From assembly GCA_002269645.1 (NCBI GenBank), contig NIVC01001279.1:124001-188000 (forward strand): 64,000 nt of DNA, given 5' to 3'. Below are positions 1-51,692 of the stretch, piece after piece. Positions within the stretch are counted from its first letter, which is position 1. Each line of letters starts with the position of its first letter. The notes beneath the pieces are model-generated. The model searched no databases. It was given only the letters and a program-made list of their open reading frames with translations, and had not been told where the DNA came from. The stretch is from Macrostomum lignano (lineage: Eukaryota). The position numbers and the translations under genes are program-made.

Positions 1-1060
1 ACAGGGATCTGGGAGAATAGGGGATTAAGCTGAAGGGATCTGGGAGAATATGGGATTAAGCTGAAGGGATCTGGGAGATTAGGGGATTAAGCTACAGGGA
101 TCTGGGAGAATAGGGGATTAAGCTACAGGGATCTGGGAGAATAGGGGATTAAGCTACAGGGATCTGGGAGATTAGGGGATTAAGCTACAGGGATCTGGGA
201 GATTATGGGATTAAGCTACAGGGATCTGGGAGATTAGGGGATTAAGCTACAGGGATCTGGGAGATTAGGGGATTAAGCTACAGGGATCTGGGAGATTAGG
301 GGATTAAGCTACAGGGATCTGGGAGATTAGGGGATTAAGCTACAGGGATCTGGGAGATTAGGGGATTAAGCTACAGGGATCTGGGAGATTATGGGATTAA
401 GCTACAGGGATCTGGGAGAATAGGGGATTAAGCTACAGGGATCTGGGAGATTAGGGGATTAAGCTACAGGGATCTGGGAGATTAGGGGATTAAGCTACAG
501 GGATCTGGGAGAATAGGGGATTAAGCTACAGGGATCTGGGAGATTAGGGGATTAAGCTACAGGGATCTGGGAGATTAGGGGATTAAGCTACAGGGATCTG
601 GGAGATTAGGGGATTAAGCTACAGGGATCTGGGAGATTAGGGGATTAAGCTACAGGGATCTGGGAGAATAGGGGATTAAGCTACAGGGATCTGGGAGAAT
701 AGGGGATTAAGCTACAGGGATCTGGGAGATTAGGGGATTAAGCTACAGGGATCTGGGAGATTAGGGGATTAAGCTACAGGGATCTGGGAGATTAGGGGAT
801 TAAGCTACAGGGATCTGGGAGATTAGGGGATTAAGCTACAGGGATCTGGGAGAATAGGGGATTAAGCTACAGGGATCTGGGAGAATAGGGGATTAAGCTA
901 CAGGGATCTGGGAGATTAGGGGATTAAGCTACAGGGGTCTGGGAGATTAGGGGATTAAGCTACAGGGATCTGGGAGAATAGGGGATTAAGCTACAGGGAT
1001 CTGGGAGAATAGGGGATTAAGCTACCTGGATTTGGGAGAATTGGGGGATTATTAAGCTAG
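1..1060. repeat. 31-bp minisatellite ACAGGGATCTGGGAGATTAGGGGATTAAGCT
   Basis: About 34 near-identical tandem copies, cut by the window edge. Confidence 0.95.
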
Positions 1061-1194
1061 AGGTATCTGGGGAAAATCAAAGTAACTCAAAAGTAAAAAG
1101 TAGAAAAAAGGTGAAAATCTGCAGATAACAACAAGCTCAAGAACAACGGACACTGACTAGAGTAACAAGTTCAATTTACAAAAAAAGCTCAAGC

Positions 1195-24580
<23,386 letters not shown>

Positions 24581-24803
24581 TTTAGTTTATTAATTAAAAA
24601 AAGCAAAACTGTTCAAGGCTTAAGCGCCTGCTTGAGGGATTTTTGGATTTTTGTTGAACCCTTAGACTCGAGTTTTGATTGATTGATTAGCTGAAAACAC
24701 AAGTATTGGAGGCTTAGTTATTATAAAAAGTGCATATAAATAACACCATACTATCAAATGGAAAGATAATATCATTTCTCAACTTTAAATATAAAATTTT
24801 AAA

Positions 24804-25444
24804 CTTTGCAGTGATAGTGTAGTCTAAGTGCCTGAATAATATTTGACTTTGCAGTGATAGTGTAGTCTAAGTGCCTGAATAATATTTGACTTTGCAGTGA
24901 TAGTGTAGTCTAAGTGCCTGGATAATATTTGACTTTGCAGTGATAGTGTAGTCTAAGTGCCTGAATAATATTTGACTTTGCAGTGATAGTGTAGTCTAAG
25001 CGCCTGAATAATATTTGACTTTGCAGTGATAGTGTAGTCTAAGTGCCTGAATAATATTTGAATTTGCAGTGATAGTGTAGTCTAAGTGCCTGAATAATAT
25101 TTGACTTTGCAGTGATAGTGTAGTCTAAGTGCCTGAAAAATATTTGACTTTGCAGTGATAGTGTAGTCTAAGTGCCTGGATAATATTTGAATTTGCAGTG
25201 ATAGTGTAGTCTAAGTGCCTGAATAATATTTGACTTTGCAGTGATAGTGTAGTCTAAGTGCCTGAATAATATTTGACTTTGCAGTGATAGTGTAGTCTAA
25301 GTGCCTGAATAATATTTGACTTTGCAGTGATAGTGTAGTCTAAGTGCCTGAATAATATTTGACTTTGCAGTGATAGTGTAGTCTAAGTGCCTGAATAATA
25401 TTTGACTTTGCAGTGATAGTGTAGTCTAAGTGCCTGAATAATAT
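24804..25444. repeat. 43-bp minisatellite upstream of the NALCN start codon
   Basis: CTTTGCAGTGATAGTGTAGTCTAAGTGCCTGAATAATATTTGA about 15 times, highly homogeneous. Confidence 0.95.
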
Positions 25445-26340
25445 TTTGATGTCAATTTCTACTTCTAGTCAGAACCTTTGCAGATACAAGGTGCATTCCT
25501 TCTTGCAATGGTATTTGGTTTTTTAATGAGGCTTCTGCTGCTTACAATAGGAACCTGATAAGACAACTGCAAAAAGTTTTTATTATTAAATTTTTATTTA
25601 TAAGGGTTGAAAACCCCATGCTAATAGTTGAGGATAGTGATTAAAATCTGGTTTTAGGTAACAAATTACATAATATATGAAAAATACAAATTAAAAATGG
25701 ACAATGGAAGGACTAAATAAGTAGCAAGTAAAAGTAGTACATTGGAAAATTTGAGAGATAGCATGACCTTGTTGAGTTTGTAATTTCTATCATAATAGTA
25801 AAATGTTATATAAATTATTGTAATTATAGTATTTTTATATATATTTTTAGGTCACTAGATTTTAGATAAGGTTTTAGAATTATTGCCCATTATACAAAGC
25901 TTTTTATCATAACTAATAGTCTATGTTCTGTTTGCTACTTTTTGTTATAGATTTTCTATTATTATTTATGCTATATTATATACTGTTTTTGCTTTTTGCC
26001 TTTTTTGTTTTTTTGTCTTTATTTTTTTAATGAATTTTGCAACTTGGGCCTATTTTTTTTACCCCAATTTATATTTCTGGCTAGATCAACTAGGTTATCT
26101 AGCAATAATATATATGATATATGTTTAGATAGAATAGCAATAATGCAGATTGCAGAATATGCTACTTTTTATACTTTAACCTTAGGCATTTCTCTAATTA
26201 GAATTGTGCAAATTATGTATGAGCTTACTATATTATATTGCCAACATCTAATTTTACAATACATTAGAAATATTAATATATTCTATATTCTGTTTACAAA
26301 AATTTGGTGCATAAGTGCTCACAAACTTATACAAATGTCA

Positions 26341-26645
26341 GGCTGTAGGGTTAGTGTTAGGGTTGGTATTAGCCAGGGTTTAGATTTAGTGTTACATGTA
26401 GCTTCAGGGTATAGCGTTAAGATTTGGCTTAGGGCTAGGGTTAGGGTAGCTTACAACTTAGCTTATGTAGCTTATCAAAAATGTTTATCATAGAAGCATC
26501 ATGCAAAAATAATGGAAGCATCATGCAGAAAACCATGGAAGCATCATGCAAACAAAAATGGAAGCGTCGTGCAAAAAATCATGGAAGCACAAAAACTTGT
26601 GAACAAAATATTAAATTAAGGGTTATGGTTAGGGTTAGGGTTAGA
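26341..26645. repeat. Degenerate TTAGGG-like tracts flanking a short ~23-bp repeat
   Basis: GGGTTAG motifs at 26341-26460 and 26615-26645; ATGGAAGCATCATGCAAAAA about 5 times between them. Confidence 0.6.
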
Positions 26646-29600
26646 AGTTTGACAGGATATTTTTTTAAGATTTCAAGGCTTAGCTACATGTGGCTTATTA
26701 AAAAACGTGTATTGCATTTCTTTTGCTCCCCAATGGGGGCAAAGATTGCTAGTAGCTATTCTAAAAAACTATTTATTAATTTTATTACTTATTATTATAG
26801 TGATTTTTAATATTCTAGAACTCTAAAAAAGCTTAGGGGCCTACTAAATCAAACAAAAAGTTAAAATGCAAGAATGGACTCTTGAAATGCTAAAGGTCAT
26901 TTTATTTTTTTAACAATGAGAAAATAATTTTACAAATGATTCCATAGGATAGCCCTTAGTTCATAGTAATAGGCATGGATTACAGTTGTTTTGGTGGCAA
27001 TCTTTTAGTAACAAGCAAAAGTCATTTCAGTGACAAGAAAAAATATCCTTTTAATGATAGCCATTTTGTTTTTAAACAGAAAATTAGCTAGCAAATCTTA
27101 AGGGATTTTGTTTAGCTGAAAACACAGCTAAAATTAAAGTTTAAATAAACCTAAGGCTAAGCCTAAAGTTCTTTAATTTTTTGAAAAGGTTAAGTTTTGC
27201 TTTATTTAATTTTGTTTATTTACAATTACAAAGTTGCAGTCTTTTGAATTGTTTTTTAATCCAAATGTGTAATGTCAATTTATACTTTTCTTGTGGTTGG
27301 CATTTCATGAGGATTCTCTATATAGGCTTATGGTTTATATGTCTGGAAACTCCAGGACAATTCAAAACAATCTATATAGGAAGAAAACAATATAATTACT
27401 TTTATTTGTTTTTTTTAAATATATTAATCTTTTGACAAAACATCTTTTGACAACAATCATTATATCTTAATTTTTCATTAAAAATGCAGTGTGTCTATCA
27501 TAAAAGCAACTTGTCACTAAAACAACTATTTGTCACCAAAAGTCTGTCACCAAAATGACTTGTCATTGAAACAAATAGTATCCATAGGACCATAGGCATC
27601 AACTAGGCCTAAAAAATATGGCTTGTTAGATTAAGCCTATTAATTTCCTATTCATTAAAGCATTAAATAATAGGCCTATATGATTGATACTGGATTATAA
27701 CTCTGATTAAGGCCTATTATACCAAATTTAAAAATGAATTTTGACAAACTTTAATTTATATTTAAATTTAGTTTATTCAGGCTAGGCCTATCAAATCTAA
27801 CTTCAAATAGGCCTTATAACAACCAGCTAGCAATAGATTAGGTTGTGTTGAATAAAAAATCCTAGCTAATATTATAATAAACACCATTCTTTACAATGGC
27901 CTACTTGTATAGGCTCTAAGTTAGATTGAATTGTGAATTTAATTTATAAAATAGGCCTTAGAAACTTTGTAAAAGATGCTTCTAGTCTAGACATATAAAA
28001 TAAAACATTTAATGTTACTAATTAAACATTACTAATGGTCTTTCATACAGCTACAAGTATGATTGTCAATCAATCAAAACAATAAGAATTAGGCCCTAGG
28101 CATTTAAAGTCTCATAACAGTCAACACCAAATTCTTTGGACTATGGGGTCTGTATGCATGTGTTAATTAATGTAATAGGCCCTAAGATAATTTATACACA
28201 GTCGCAGAGTAACACCGCCGGGTCCAAGCTAATCATGTCAATGACAATGTAATTTGCATAGGGATTTATTTAAGTTGAAGTTTATAATAACCAGGACGTT
28301 GTAATAATGACGCTGATGACACTTTTCTAATTTTCTTAGACCTTATCAGGTATTATTTTAAATTTTCCTGTCAGTACCATCAGTATCGGATAGCTGTACT
28401 AAATTTTCATAATAGTTTATCCATCGTAAAATGTCTGAAATCTGGTCGACGACTCGAACCCTGCTAAGGTTTGCATGTTTTTGTTTCTCTGAAATTTTAC
28501 CACTTCAAAATAGTAAAAAGTTAAAATATAACGAGGACACGTTAATTGCTTCATGTATATTGTATTTACCTTCGCAATAACAGCTTTTTTTGCTGATCCG
28601 ATCGTTGTTAGATGATCCGTATTTTGTATCTATATTTCTACGTTGGTTTACTGGTATTATTGGCTTACCGTAATCATGCTTTCCATAGCTGTGCAATGCT
28701 CCTTATAGCAAATGAAATAATTTCTAACGCTCGATATACAATGTGTGTTTACAGGAACAACTTACAGTGTAATACTCTATTAGCAACAAGAAGTTGGAGG
28801 AGGGATATATATCTCTCGTACCCAAGGACGACTAGCTACTTCGGTAAAAATTTCTCATTGTTTTACTTTTACTTCACTTCTAACTATTGCATGTACAATA
28901 TTAATTATTATATTAATCAGTACGTGTACATGTGCATACATCCTGCATCTCGTCACTAGTATATATGTAACTGTACAAGTACTCGTGAGCTAGCCAGTAA
29001 AGTTATAGGAAACTCGAAAATCATGAAAATTTCCCTGGAGCTGATGGCAGGTCTTTGCTGCGATCAAATGCTCTGCTGTACATGTACTTATAATGAGATT
29101 GGAATTACTGTACATGTAGTATTGACTTTTTATAACCCATTGATGTACGCCCAAGGACTACAATTAAGACTAAGACTAAGGACTACTTAAACCCAAGGGG
29201 TTTAACGAAATGACTTCAGTGGTCCTTGTGACGCCTTGCCACCTTCTGGGACTGTAATTTGAATGGTCAGCAGCTGTGTTTCGTTTACAGGTGCCCCTCA
29301 CAATTTTGTCGAGATTAAGTGTAAAGTGTTTTACTGTGCAGCGCGATAATTGTGCTCAAAGTACAGCAGCAATTTCTAAACGGGCGAGTTTCCCAAAGAT
29401 GATGTCGAGCTTTCTGGCTTTAAGTGAAATGGTTTTGACTAAGCTTGGTCGATGTGTATAGTTTATGTATGGTTTTTGAGAAAATTTCGTCAATGGAAAA
29501 TACATCATAAGATACAGGATCGATTGAGCAACTGAAATATTAATAGATGAACTTTTAAATTATTGTCGGTCTGCGCGGTGCTATTTCAGAAAAAATAGCT

Positions 29601-31584
29601 ACTACGAGCGTACATGTATATATACGAGTACATACCCTAGCTTGCATCTTGAACGAAATACTACTGCTGTAAGTACATGTATGCATGTCATGCAAAATAT
29701 ATTTGTCTCGCATTTGGAAGAGTTTAGAAGGTGAGCCTTTGTAGCCAGGAAAACTGGTCTTCTACAAAATTTGCACGATTAGCGAGTGTCCGTATAAAGC
29801 ATCCTTATCTTGTACTTTTAGTTGTCTGTGCATGAACAACATGTACACATACAATTGTCGGGGGATTATTACACATGTATAGTCATTTTTGCCATGCATG
29901 CAGATGTACATCAACGCTGTATACACAGAAGGGTGACTTTAAGGATCTTTTACTCGCCATGTACAGCTTAAGCATTCATCTACTAGTAGAAAATAATGTA
30001 ATGTTAAATCTATGTCAAATACATTCAACACATGCACAGACATATTTGGTCAAGCTGCAGCTACATATAGTAATGCATTCTTTGCCAATGGAAAATGAGC
30101 GGTTGCTATGTTATACACACGAAGACCCTTTGACAGAGGGAACTGTCAAATCAGTTCGAATTGATTTTATAAGTGGCACAAAATGATCGAGCGAGTATAT
30201 TTGAAAGCGTTGCCATTTTTATTATAACATTATGAAAGGAGGCTATTGCTGTGTAGTATAGGCATAATATGCGTCTGCTACAGATGGATAAATCGTATCA
30301 CTATATTAATGAGCTTTTTTTCAGTTGGGAATGAGGAACAGCAGAAAAAAAACTGAGGATACACAGAAACAAAAAACAAATTAGGGATATGCTAAATTGA
30401 ACTCGAAAATATGGCATTTAAACAATAATGCATGTTATAATAAAATATAGCATGCCTTAACGTTAAACGACTTAGAATTGCATGGCACATGCGCATGCAA
30501 TCCCGTTTATGCATGTGTATGGTGACACTTAGGCTACTTACAAGTAGTATACTATAAAATATATTGCAGAAGACTCAAAAAAGATAAGCGCTCAAAACAA
30601 GAGAAATTAGCTATAGTTCATTTGCAGCATTATTCGAAACTTGGACAGAACGTGGTAATTTATAGAACGGCGTTTAACATTGTCATAAATGAAGCTACTT
30701 GACCTGCTGAATCCCATCATATTGACACAATAGAGCGCATTAGCACAATTTTGTTCGGAAAATTTCTATATTCAACAAAGCAAGTAGTAGGAATTGAATA
30801 GAAATATTAGACTACAGAGTAACGAGAATGTAGTTAACAGATTAGAAAGATTAGAAATAAGAATTCATAATTATTTTAGTCATTGTTTCTTGGCGCCTTC
30901 TGCCTGCTTTTGGAACTGGCTAGAAGAAGCACACTGGAAACTACTATTGCAAAGCAGAACAAGAAGCAGTTAACAAAACACAACAGGATAAAAATACACA
31001 AAACTTAGCATGAAGCAGGAAATAACACGATTGTAATGTTTATGCAACAGAATTCAAAGTAATATGCATAAGTAGTATATATTCATAATTTAACCAACTC
31101 AAGTTTGGTCACTGTGAAGAAGCCATGCAAGGGGAAAAACAATTCATACGCCACTAAAGCGTACGACTTGCGTAAACTACAAATAGGCAAGAGCGGAGAA
31201 TACAAAGAGCATATTCTCTTATTCGGAAATTATAAAAAACGGAAACAAAGCAAAAACAGAAAAAAACAAACTCAATTAAACACTCAAAAAGAACAAGTGA
31301 GTAACTTGAAACCACAAAAACTGCTGATGACAAAAATATGAACCATACGAGCGTAACAATTGATAAGCATCCATAAAATAATATAGAAAAATTGATTACA
31401 CATAGTACTAATAGTATTAACAGTAGTTAATAGCAATAATATAATGCAAACACACGATGAAGCTACACAGCGCTTTAGAAAAAGGGAAAACACACAATTT
31501 CGGTAAAACATGTTCATCTTGAAACCGCATGGCACTACTTCTCAGTAGGCGATAAACGACTATTCTCAGTTTTTTTACTCCAGC

Positions 31585-47129
<15,545 letters not shown>

Positions 47130-48790
47130 TTGCTCGTCCGGTCCTTTTTAATTCGTTCTTGGCGTTACCTAAGCGCGCCCACCGATAGCGGGAGTGGAGG
47201 AGAGGAGAGAGAAGAGAAATTAGTTGCTTGCGTCTGTAGTTTAGTTAGAGCGGCGGCGTTGGGGTTGCCGTCATTCTCTCGTGATTTTCGACTGCGGCTT
47301 TGCAAGGTGGAAGCGGTGCATGGGGGGCCCAGTGTGTTTGTTATTTGGGCCAATGGGGTTTGGACGGGAAGTTTAGAGGGAGAGGGGGGCACACGGAGGG
47401 TCGGGTGGTTGGCCTTATCGCTTTTAAGAAAATGGGTGGGGGGTCTCTCCGAAGATAAGATAACGCGACGAAACTGTAAACAGGGAATGAAGCGAGTTGA
47501 GCGTAACTTATTCTGAGTAAAGTGGAGATGAAGGGGAGCTAGAGTTAATGCTAAGCTCATAATTCCAAAGCTCAGTTGGGGCTTAGGCTTACATACAAAA
47601 ACTAACAGCGCTTTCAATGCTGCTATAAAATTTAAGTAATTTCTCTGGGAAGTTTAAATTGAAATCAAAACTATTGAAATCAGCTGTAGATAGCAGAATT
47701 TATGTCTCTTAAAATCGATAATCTGTTGTGGAAAATATGGGACGGGTAAGGCCATGGACCACGGTATGCAAAGCGAACAAATATACATTACAATGCTATA
47801 ATTTAATGCTTACCAGATTAGCAATATTGACTGTCCTTACTCTAACTCGTTTGCGACTATCTAAAAGAAAAAATACCGAGCTTTGATTATTCAATCTGTT
47901 ATGGTTTTTCAGGACGAAACTTAAGGACTAAGTCTGGAATCTGGATTAAGTAAGATTTTTTAAGCTAAGACCGTGTACGCTCGTGCCAGACAAACGAAAA
48001 TCTCTAGTATGCAGTTATCGATGCGTAGCTTTCAACGCTTTTGTTAAGCTTATAATCGCCTCTCAGTCTCTAATTCTTACGCTTGAAATGTTTTTCCTCC
48101 CCTCCCCTGGCGTAGTCTTTTCTGATTGGTTCGCTGATCCTGGTCATAGACTAACAATCAGCTGGGGGAAGAGGGGTGGATGTGATGTGTGAACCGATTT
48201 TGCTTGGTCAGTTCATTAACCGCTGGGCGCTACTGTCTTGGACAGATTGAACATAAGGGAAATGGGGTGGTGGGGCCACAAAAGGCTAGGATTTTATCGA
48301 TTTTTCAAAAGCGAAAGCTAGGCTATAGTCGTATAGAGTAAACTCAAGTATTAAACAAAAGAGACTGACAGGCACAAGGCGCAAGGGGCTATATCAGATA
48401 AAAATGGGCATGCATGAGTGCAGAAGGGGAACTATTATGATTGTGACAACGATTAGCTGATACGCTTTAGATAAGTCTTATTTGTTTTAATTTTAATTGC
48501 CAACGAACGTTTGCCCCTGTGCTGCCTGAATCTAAATTGAACCCTGTCCCCTGTGGCTGTTAGGCGCCCACCCGATGGTCCTGTTCTACCCAGGTTCAAT
48601 CAGTAGCTCGTAAGCTTATCATTCCCCAGGTTGCATCACAATCAAGTGTGAGTTTCCTGAGCTGATACTGGCATGTAAAAAAGCACGTCTATTACGCCAG
48701 TCCGTACATCACTCCTATTCAGAGCTCACTGTCAGTTTCTTGTTAGCAAAATATTTTATTCTGTTCTACAACATTATCATTGAAAGCTCT

Positions 48791-49135
48791 TTAAAATCAG
48801 GTTAGATGGCTTCGTAAATCAAAATTCTCGGGATCCCGGATCCCGCGCAAAAACCCGGGATTAAAAAAGTTTCTAATCTTTTTTTGGTGCAATTTTGATT
48901 TACGAAGCCATCTAATCTGATTTTAATTGGCAAATATCCCGATCCCAAGAATCCCGGGATTTTCGTAGTCTATATGATATCCCGATCCCGAGAATCCCGG
49001 GATTTTCGAAGTCTATATGATATCCCGATCCCGAGAATCCCGGGATTTTCGAAGTCTATATGATATCCCGATCCCAAGAATCCCGGAATTTTCGAAGTCC
49101 ATGATATTCCGATTCCGAGAATCCCGGGATTGGCA
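48791..49135. repeat. 36-bp inverted repeat (64-bp spacer) followed by a 43-bp tandem array
   Basis: Arms at 48791-48826 and 48891-48926 with one mismatch; then TATCCCGATCCCGAGAATCCCGGGATTTTCGAAGTCTATATGA about 4.5 times. Confidence 0.75.
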
Positions 49136-50631
49136 AAACGCAGGATTTTGTCTTCCCTACTATAACCAGAAAATCGCCAAAATTATCAACAATAACGGTC
49201 GCTTTCACTTTCACAAGCTGAAGCTATAAAATTTCAAAGTCGTCAAAGACAAGCAAAATTCATAACCTTACAGAAGCTTCTCAAGTTCGAAACTTTACTA
49301 GTTCGAAATTTCACATCGTTAATTTTGTTTAAGCTGTGAGCTAGCGGAAACGACTGGCTTAAAGCTATTCGACCCGTAAAATTTATGTTGTAACTTTTAA
49401 CTTTCAATTGAAGCGTAAAGGCATTAAAAACGAACAAAGAACTTACCTCAAACTAAGCCTCAGTAGAGAGGCTAGGAAAAATTTATTGTTTTAAAAAGTT
49501 TAAGTAAATTATATTTCCGTTTGTGTAATCTCTTGCCTGTTATGTATTTCTATCTGCACAAGTGTATAGTATGGTGTGTAATGATGACCCCTCTACCCTG
49601 TCACTGCGCGAGACGGCCTTAATATACATTTGAATCATATAGTAAACGCAGCTAAATCTCAGGATAGGCCAACTTCGGGCCAATATAAGAAGGGCTTGTA
49701 ATATGCAGCAGTACATTAAATAACTTTCACTGCGTACGCACCAAAAAGGATAGGACGATGAATGTATTAAACACGAGCTAATAATAACATCTTTATATGG
49801 GCTAAAATTGTGCAAAACTCTGCTATCTAATCCAACCTATTGGCCTGTGTGCGTGCATGTCTGTCCAAAATGTTTACCATAGCTTGAATAAAGGGTCTCC
49901 CTCCTCCATTTGTACTAACATGTTATAGAGCTCGTATTTATAATTAGCTCATTATAGCGTCTTAGAGTAACACTATTTAACATCTACAGCAGTGCAAATA
50001 TACAATACGTTTCAGAGTTGAAGATTTTCGTACGGAAGTTCAAATTTCATACGATTAAAGTATGCAATTAGCGTTTGATCATTGTAGCGCGACAATTATA
50101 TAGTACCCTGTACGCGGAGTTAATTGGTTAAGCAAACAAATGAACAGGATTCCGACGCGTATAGGGTCTTAAAGCTCTCATACGAGTATGCACCCAGCGA
50201 ACTGCAGTCTCACTTTAATTAGAATTTACCGCCAATTAGTGTAATTAGTTTAATTTACGTGTACCTGTAATTATAGCTGCTCACTGCAGCGTTCATATAA
50301 GACCTGCTCGTAAAAAACCTCATCGTTTGTTAAACTTTTGGAGCATATACGCGGTGTACATGTTGATTTAGATCTATAGTTGTTAAGATGCTTTTTTTAC
50401 AGTAGTTTTTCTAAGCGTGTACATGTATAGCAGAAAGCTATATACTAAGACCAAAATCTATTGGAAACCCACACGAACTGATTGCTGAAAAATTAACCAT
50501 AAGATTAGATTTTTCTAAAAACAACTAACTTAACTAAAATTAACTAGCGTTTTAAAAATTTTTATGTAAAACTCCGCCTGATTGCCTCGATTCTTGACCT
50601 AAAGTTAAGTTTGACCAGCACACAAAGGCCT

Positions 50632-50859
50632 GTACAGCAATCCGACGCCGGCGACCTCACCAACGTTCAATTCTTCTGTCGACGTCCATGATCCAGACAC
50701 AGATATGCATTTTTTACATTGTCATTATATCGACGTTCAGCCGACACATGCAGGCGTCGTTTTCCGTGGACGCAATGTAAAAGCACACATTTCTCATCGA
50801 TAATCGATAAAAGACGTCGGGAACATCAGCCAGACGTCGCCGACGTCGGATTGCTGTAC
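50632..50859. mobile_element. MITE-like element (228 bp)
   Basis: 24-bp TIRs GTACAGCAATCCGACG(C/T)CGGCGAC with one mismatch; TSD not resolved. Confidence 0.65.
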
Positions 50860-51383
50860 GAGAAGGTCTTCAATCTTGCGTCTTGACCGAATTTAGGGTG
50901 CACGTACTGCATGTACATGTACATGTGCTGAATGTAATTAAATGTACACGACGTACACGTTGTACTTGCTTTCTATTGTCCTGTCGTCCAAGACTGCCAC
51001 AGAGGCGGACGGCAACATACATACAGTATGTGGTAAAAACACGAAACTCCAAAAATTTTTGGTTACAAATCTTGGTTTTTTTGTCCACATATCATAAAAT
51101 TCATTGTGACAACCCGCGAGTGCTGCACTTTGCTTTTCTTACATGTACCTGCAAGCTGGTGGCCGAAACCGAAAGTTGAGCACCTGCCACTTGCACATGC
51201 ATCCAATCACTTTTTCAGTGGCCGGAAAAATTATTATTGTAAGCAGGTACAAATTTATTATATGTATAATGTACATTAAAATAAAATCGCCGAATAAGCT
51301 TGTGACGGTGAAAATTATGCATGCGTCATGAATTTAAAATAGTACATGTACATATGGTACATGCTACTTACATGTTTACAAGG

Positions 51384-51692
51384 GGGGCGCTTCATAAGAC
51401 CTAAATTTCACAACGCCTAAAATCGAAAATGCAGCCTCCTTCACAACGCCTAAATTTCATATCGCCTAAATTTCACAACACCTAGAACTGAATGTGAAGG
51501 AAAGAAGCAAGGATTTTGGTGTTGTGAAATTTAGGCGTTATGAAATTTAGGTAATGTGAAGGAGGCTGCATTTTTGATTTTTAGGCGTTGATCGAAATTT
51601 AGGCGATGTGAGAAGGAGCGTGCAAATTTTAGGCGTTGTGAAGTGTAATTAGTTTTAGGCGTTGTGAAATTTAGGTCTTATGAAAGCGTCCC
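51384..51692. mobile_element. Foldback MITE-like element (about 310 bp)
   Basis: ~40-bp TIRs GGG(G/A)CGCTT(T)CATAAGACCTAAATTTCACAACGCCTAAAA plus internal inverted copies of CCTAAATTTCACAAC and GCAGCCTCCTTCACA; TSD not resolved. Confidence 0.7.

Noticed and set aside
26940-27590. Degenerate inverted TTGTCAC/GTGACAA motif clusters suggesting an old MITE
   Set aside because: Termini and TSD could not be defined by eye; too decayed to call.
28445-28465. Pol III B-box-like GGTTCGAGTC on the minus strand
   Set aside because: No A box or cloverleaf pairing nearby; cannot support a tRNA or SINE.
25996-31535. Short AT-rich ORFs between NALCN and the RRM gene (e.g. 25996-26493, 28612-28959, 29875-30186)
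   Set aside because: They use non-ATG or weak starts, have low-complexity composition, and show no recognisable domains or consistent splice structure.
47165-47617. 150-aa minus-strand ORF upstream of the RRM gene
   Set aside because: It ends at a stop before the RRM start and shows no domain; more likely 5'-UTR or intron sequence (candidate acceptor near 47169, donor near 47813).
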